Assembly (NCBI GenBank): GCA_963655625.1 | Contig: CAVKFX010000003.1 | Span: 1-32,338 of the forward strand | DNA from: an uncultured Eubacteriales bacterium | Lineage (GTDB): Bacteria > Bacillota > Clostridia > Oscillospirales > Oscillospiraceae | Reading direction: 5' to 3' | DNA: 32,338 nucleotides | Notes under the pieces: model-generated | Told to the model about the DNA's origin: nothing | Databases searched by the model: none | The model's input: the letters and a program-made list of their open reading frames with translations, nothing else | In this document: positions 32,080 through 32,338 of the stretch, in pieces | Layout: every line of letters begins with the position of its first letter | How positions within the stretch are numbered: the stretch's first letter is position 1 | Translations under genes and position numbers: made by a program

Positions 32080-32338
32080 ATGAAATTAGGTATCGTCGGT
32101 CTGCCCAATGTGGGCAAGAGCACCCTCTTTAACGCCATCACCAACGCCGGTGCCGAGAGCGCCAACTACCCCTTCTGCACCATCGAGCCCAACGTGGGCG
32201 TAGTGGCGGTGCCGGACGCACGGCTGGACAAGCTGGCTGAGATGTACCAGCCGGACAAAAAGACTCCGGCGGTCATCGAATTCGTGGACATTGCGGGTCT
32301 GGTGAAGGGCGCCAGCCAGGGCGCGGGCCTGGGCAACA
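32080..32338 (+). CDS. ychF: Redox-regulated ATPase YchF (5' part, runs off the window; absent from the ORF track)
   Basis: [46 protein letters not shown]...[29 protein letters not shown]. Confidence 0.97.
   Translation, partial: MKLGIVGLPNVGKSTLFNAITNAGAESANYPFCTIEPNVGVVAVPDARLDKLAEMYQPDKKTPAVIEFVDIAGLVKGASQGAGLGN

Noticed and set aside
31851..32165. 104-aa minus-strand ORF
   Set aside because: Overlaps ychF antisense and its leader; no SD or motifs.

Overview
A GC-rich stretch of bacterial chromosome in genetic code 11. Gene style and sigma-A promoters with strong Shine-Dalgarno sites suggest an anaerobic Clostridia (Oscillospiraceae-like) genome; the taxon is an inference. There are three zones. 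(1) 1-2.7 kb is a decaying accessory patch: an internal fragment of a large serine recombinase abutting the tail of a sugar ABC permease, an intact second permease, and an AGE-family epimerase with a nonsense codon at a conserved Trp. (2) 2.8-8.8 kb holds an EamA transporter, an HD hydrolase, tRNA-Ser(GGA), a 58-aa small protein, and an operon of a catalytically degenerate PyrF-like protein, a histidine-phosphatase/GNAT fusion and a YgiQ-family radical SAM enzyme. (3) 8.9-31.6 kb is a 23-gene catabolic island in four transcription units plus a GntR/FCD regulator. It encodes an ATC-hydrolase-family protein, an Opp/Dpp ABC importer, four metallo-amidases or peptidases (YtcJ-like, PepD-like, D-aminoacylase, ArgE/DapE-like), two racemases of unrelated folds, a class I aminotransferase, a four-subunit 2-oxoacid:ferredoxin oxidoreductase, a SucCD-like ADP-forming acyl-CoA ligase and a YczE-like membrane protein. 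The four catabolic promoters share a tandem TGTCGACAA-type operator placed at their start sites. The best candidate for an undescribed system is this island. It reads as an import, deacylate, racemise, transaminate, oxidatively decarboxylate and make-ATP (oxidative Stickland-like) route for D- or N-acylated amino acids. Substrate-pocket substitutions in several enzymes point away from plain Glu/succinate or Ala chemistry, towards candidates such as Asp to malonate or cysteate to sulfoacetate. The window ends in the 5' part of ychF. All family calls come from motif recognition, not database searches.
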